Origin: the human T2T-CHM13v2.0 reference genome, Homo sapiens
Assembly (NCBI RefSeq): GCF_009914755.1
Contig: NC_060932.1
DNA length: 64,000 nt
Reading direction: 5' to 3' (one strand)
Within the stretch, counting starts at the first letter, position 1. Every line of letters begins with the position of its first letter. Made by a program: the position numbers and the translations under genes. This document shows positions 61,813-64,000 of this stretch, in pieces. Under the pieces are notes generated by a model. The model did no database searches. It saw only the letters and a list, made by a program, of their open reading frames with translations, and had not been told where the DNA came from.

Positions 61813-62786
61813 CCTTTTATTTTTGACCAAAATCATTCTGCTTTTTATTATCACCAACAATGTGGAACAATGTTGGTAAAAAAACTACTCCTTCCTGCCA
61901 AGGTAAACTGCTCCTACTGACCTCTCCCTTCTTTGTATGGCATTGCACTACACTGCATATATACCTGCACATGCAGAAAACCCAGACCCAAATAGGCACT
62001 GGAAATATGTGAAGTGTTCATATTAGCCATCTAGCCAGCCCATGTTACCACATCCTCTCCATTCAATTTTCTTCTGTAAACATATCTTGAGTAGTCAAAA
62101 TCAAACATACCAAAAAACCCACAGCAATGTGTATCTTCCTAGAATTATATTTATCTCAAATAAAGATTCTTATCCCAACTAGCCTCAAAACCATCTCCAG
62201 CAGAATCCATTGGCAACTGACATCCAATGCTATAACTTCTGTGTGTTCACAGTCTCACGAGGAACAATTCTTGCTCTTCTTCTGTGCCTGGGCCATCTGG
62301 CATGTGCTCGGAGGGGTAAACACCAAGGGATCTTTAAAGCCCAGCCATGTGTCAAAAAATCACACGGACAATATCACACTGTAATTTTTGATAAATGCTT
62401 CCCGGACAGGGCAACAATCCTTGACTGTATAGATGCCAATCCAGATTTCCTAGGATCTGGCTGACTTTCTGTCCGATGACACCTGGACAGTGGTCTGCAC
62501 CTGGGGGCCCCCAGTAGAGTATTGATCTTCAAAGGTGGAGTTCTGTGGAATGTCAGGAGGCTCCTAGGGCTCTGTCAGAGTCATCTTTGAGCACTGCTTG
62601 GTAGCTTTCTCAGTCTGAAACATCACTCCATCCTTACGGAGCAAAATATATTCAAATAATCTCTTGCAGGGAATTATTACACCGTCCTCTCATCCAGCAC
62701 TGCATGTGCTGGTTCAGACTATCCTAGGAGAATGGGGCACAGCTGATGCAACTGTTGCTCTGCTGGTACACAACCTGGTGACCATC
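61813..62786 (-). pseudogene. EPDR1: EPDR1 (ependymin-related 1) processed pseudogene, 5'-truncated; CDS remnant 62255-62786 plus probable 3'UTR
   Basis: Translation GHQVVYQQS..IPCKRLFEYILLRKDGVMFQTEKATKQCSKMTLTEP*EPPDIPQNSTFEDQYSTGGPQ..SDRKSARS*EIWIGIYTVKDC..NYSVILSV*FFD..KDPLVFTPPSTCQMAQ..CS matches recalled EPDR1; intronless; stops at 62724, 62564, 62450, 62360 and frameshift near 62680-62705; AATAAA near 61816. Confidence 0.93.
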
Positions 62787-62809
62787 TGATTTTCAATGAA
62801 TGGCCATGA

Positions 62810-62890
62810 AATTTACCCATGTAACAAACCTGTACATGTACCCCTTAAACCTAAAATATGTTGGAAATAAAATAAAATAAAAAGTTGGAG
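62810..62890 (+). mobile_element. short L1PA/PB 3'-terminal fragment
   Basis: tttacccatgtaacaaacctgtacatgtacccc..aacctaaaata + A-rich tail. Confidence 0.75.
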
Positions 62891-63364
62891 AAATTAAAGA
62901 AATAAATAAGAATGTTAAGACACTACAATAGGGGAAGAATACAACAAACGGTGCTGGGACAAGTGAATATCTACATGGAAAAGAATGAATTGGAACCTCT
63001 ACCTTACACCATATTTAAAGATTAACTCAAAATGAATCATAAACCCAAACATGAGAGCTAAAATATAAAATTGTTAGAAGAAAACATAGGAGTAAATACT
63101 TGTGACTTGGGGTTAGGCAATGATTTTTTTTAGATATGACACCGAAAGCACAACTGACAATATTAAAAATAGATGAATAGAACTTAATTAAAATTAAAAA
63201 CTTTTGTGCATCAAAGGAACCATCAACAGAGTGAGAAGGCAACCCGGGGAATCGGAGAGAATATTTGCAAATCATACCTGAGAGGGGATTAATATTCAGA
63301 ATATATAAAGAACTCCTAGAAATCAACAACAAAACCCAAACGACTCAATTTAAAAAATGGATGG

Positions 63365-63582
63365 CAGCCTGGGCAACATGGCAAAATCCCATCTCTACAA
63401 AAAATACAAAAATTAGCTGGGCATGATGGAACACACCTGTAGTCCCAGCTTCTAGGGATAAGGAGAGGGGCGCTGAGATGGGATGATCACTCGAGCAAGG
63501 GAGGTGGAGGCTGCAGTGAGCTGTGATCTGGCCGCCACACTACACCCTAGGAAAGAGTGAGACCCTACATTTAAAAAAAAAA
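63365..63582 (+). mobile_element. partial AluJ
   Basis: cagcctgggcaacatggcaaaatcccatctctacaaaa..ggaggctgcagtgagctgtgatc. Confidence 0.85.
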
Positions 63583-63819
63583 ATGACTTGAACAGACATT
63601 TCACTACTAAAGGAGACAGAAAAATGACCAGTAAGCACACAAACACATTCTCAAGATTATTAGCCATCAGAGAAATGCAAATAAAAATCACAGTAACATA
63701 CCATTTCATATTCACCAGACTGGCTATAATAAAAAAAGACAGACAAGTGTTGGTGAGGATGTGGAGAAATCAGGACCCTCATTTATTGCAGATGGAATTT
63801 TAAAATGGTGTAGTCATTA

Positions 63820-64000
<181 letters not shown>

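Overview
Primate, most likely human (it carries an AluYa5 and an SVA), repeat-dense non-coding DNA. I recognise no intact protein-coding gene, tRNA/rRNA or CRISPR array. Most of the window is Alu, L1, L2, MaLR/ERVL LTRs and DNA-transposon fossils, often nested. The only recognisable gene homology is a decayed, intronless EPDR1 retrocopy (minus strand, ~61.8-62.8 kb) inside an old L1. Sequence not explained by repeats: (i) a ~300-bp CpG-rich insert with a near-perfect 18-bp hairpin inside an L1PREC2/L1PA15-16-like 5'UTR (49.0-49.3 kb); (ii) a ~450-bp unassigned segment replacing part of an L1 (58.05-58.5 kb); (iii) a MER1A/MER41-R/poly(A) chimera that looks like a retroposed LTR-terminated transcript (14.0-14.45 kb); (iv) a 700-bp polypurine tract followed by a 102-bp tandem duplication; (v) a largely unique block at 29.3-35.7 kb. 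Repeat subfamily calls come from remembered consensus sequences and boundaries are approximate unless TSDs are quoted.
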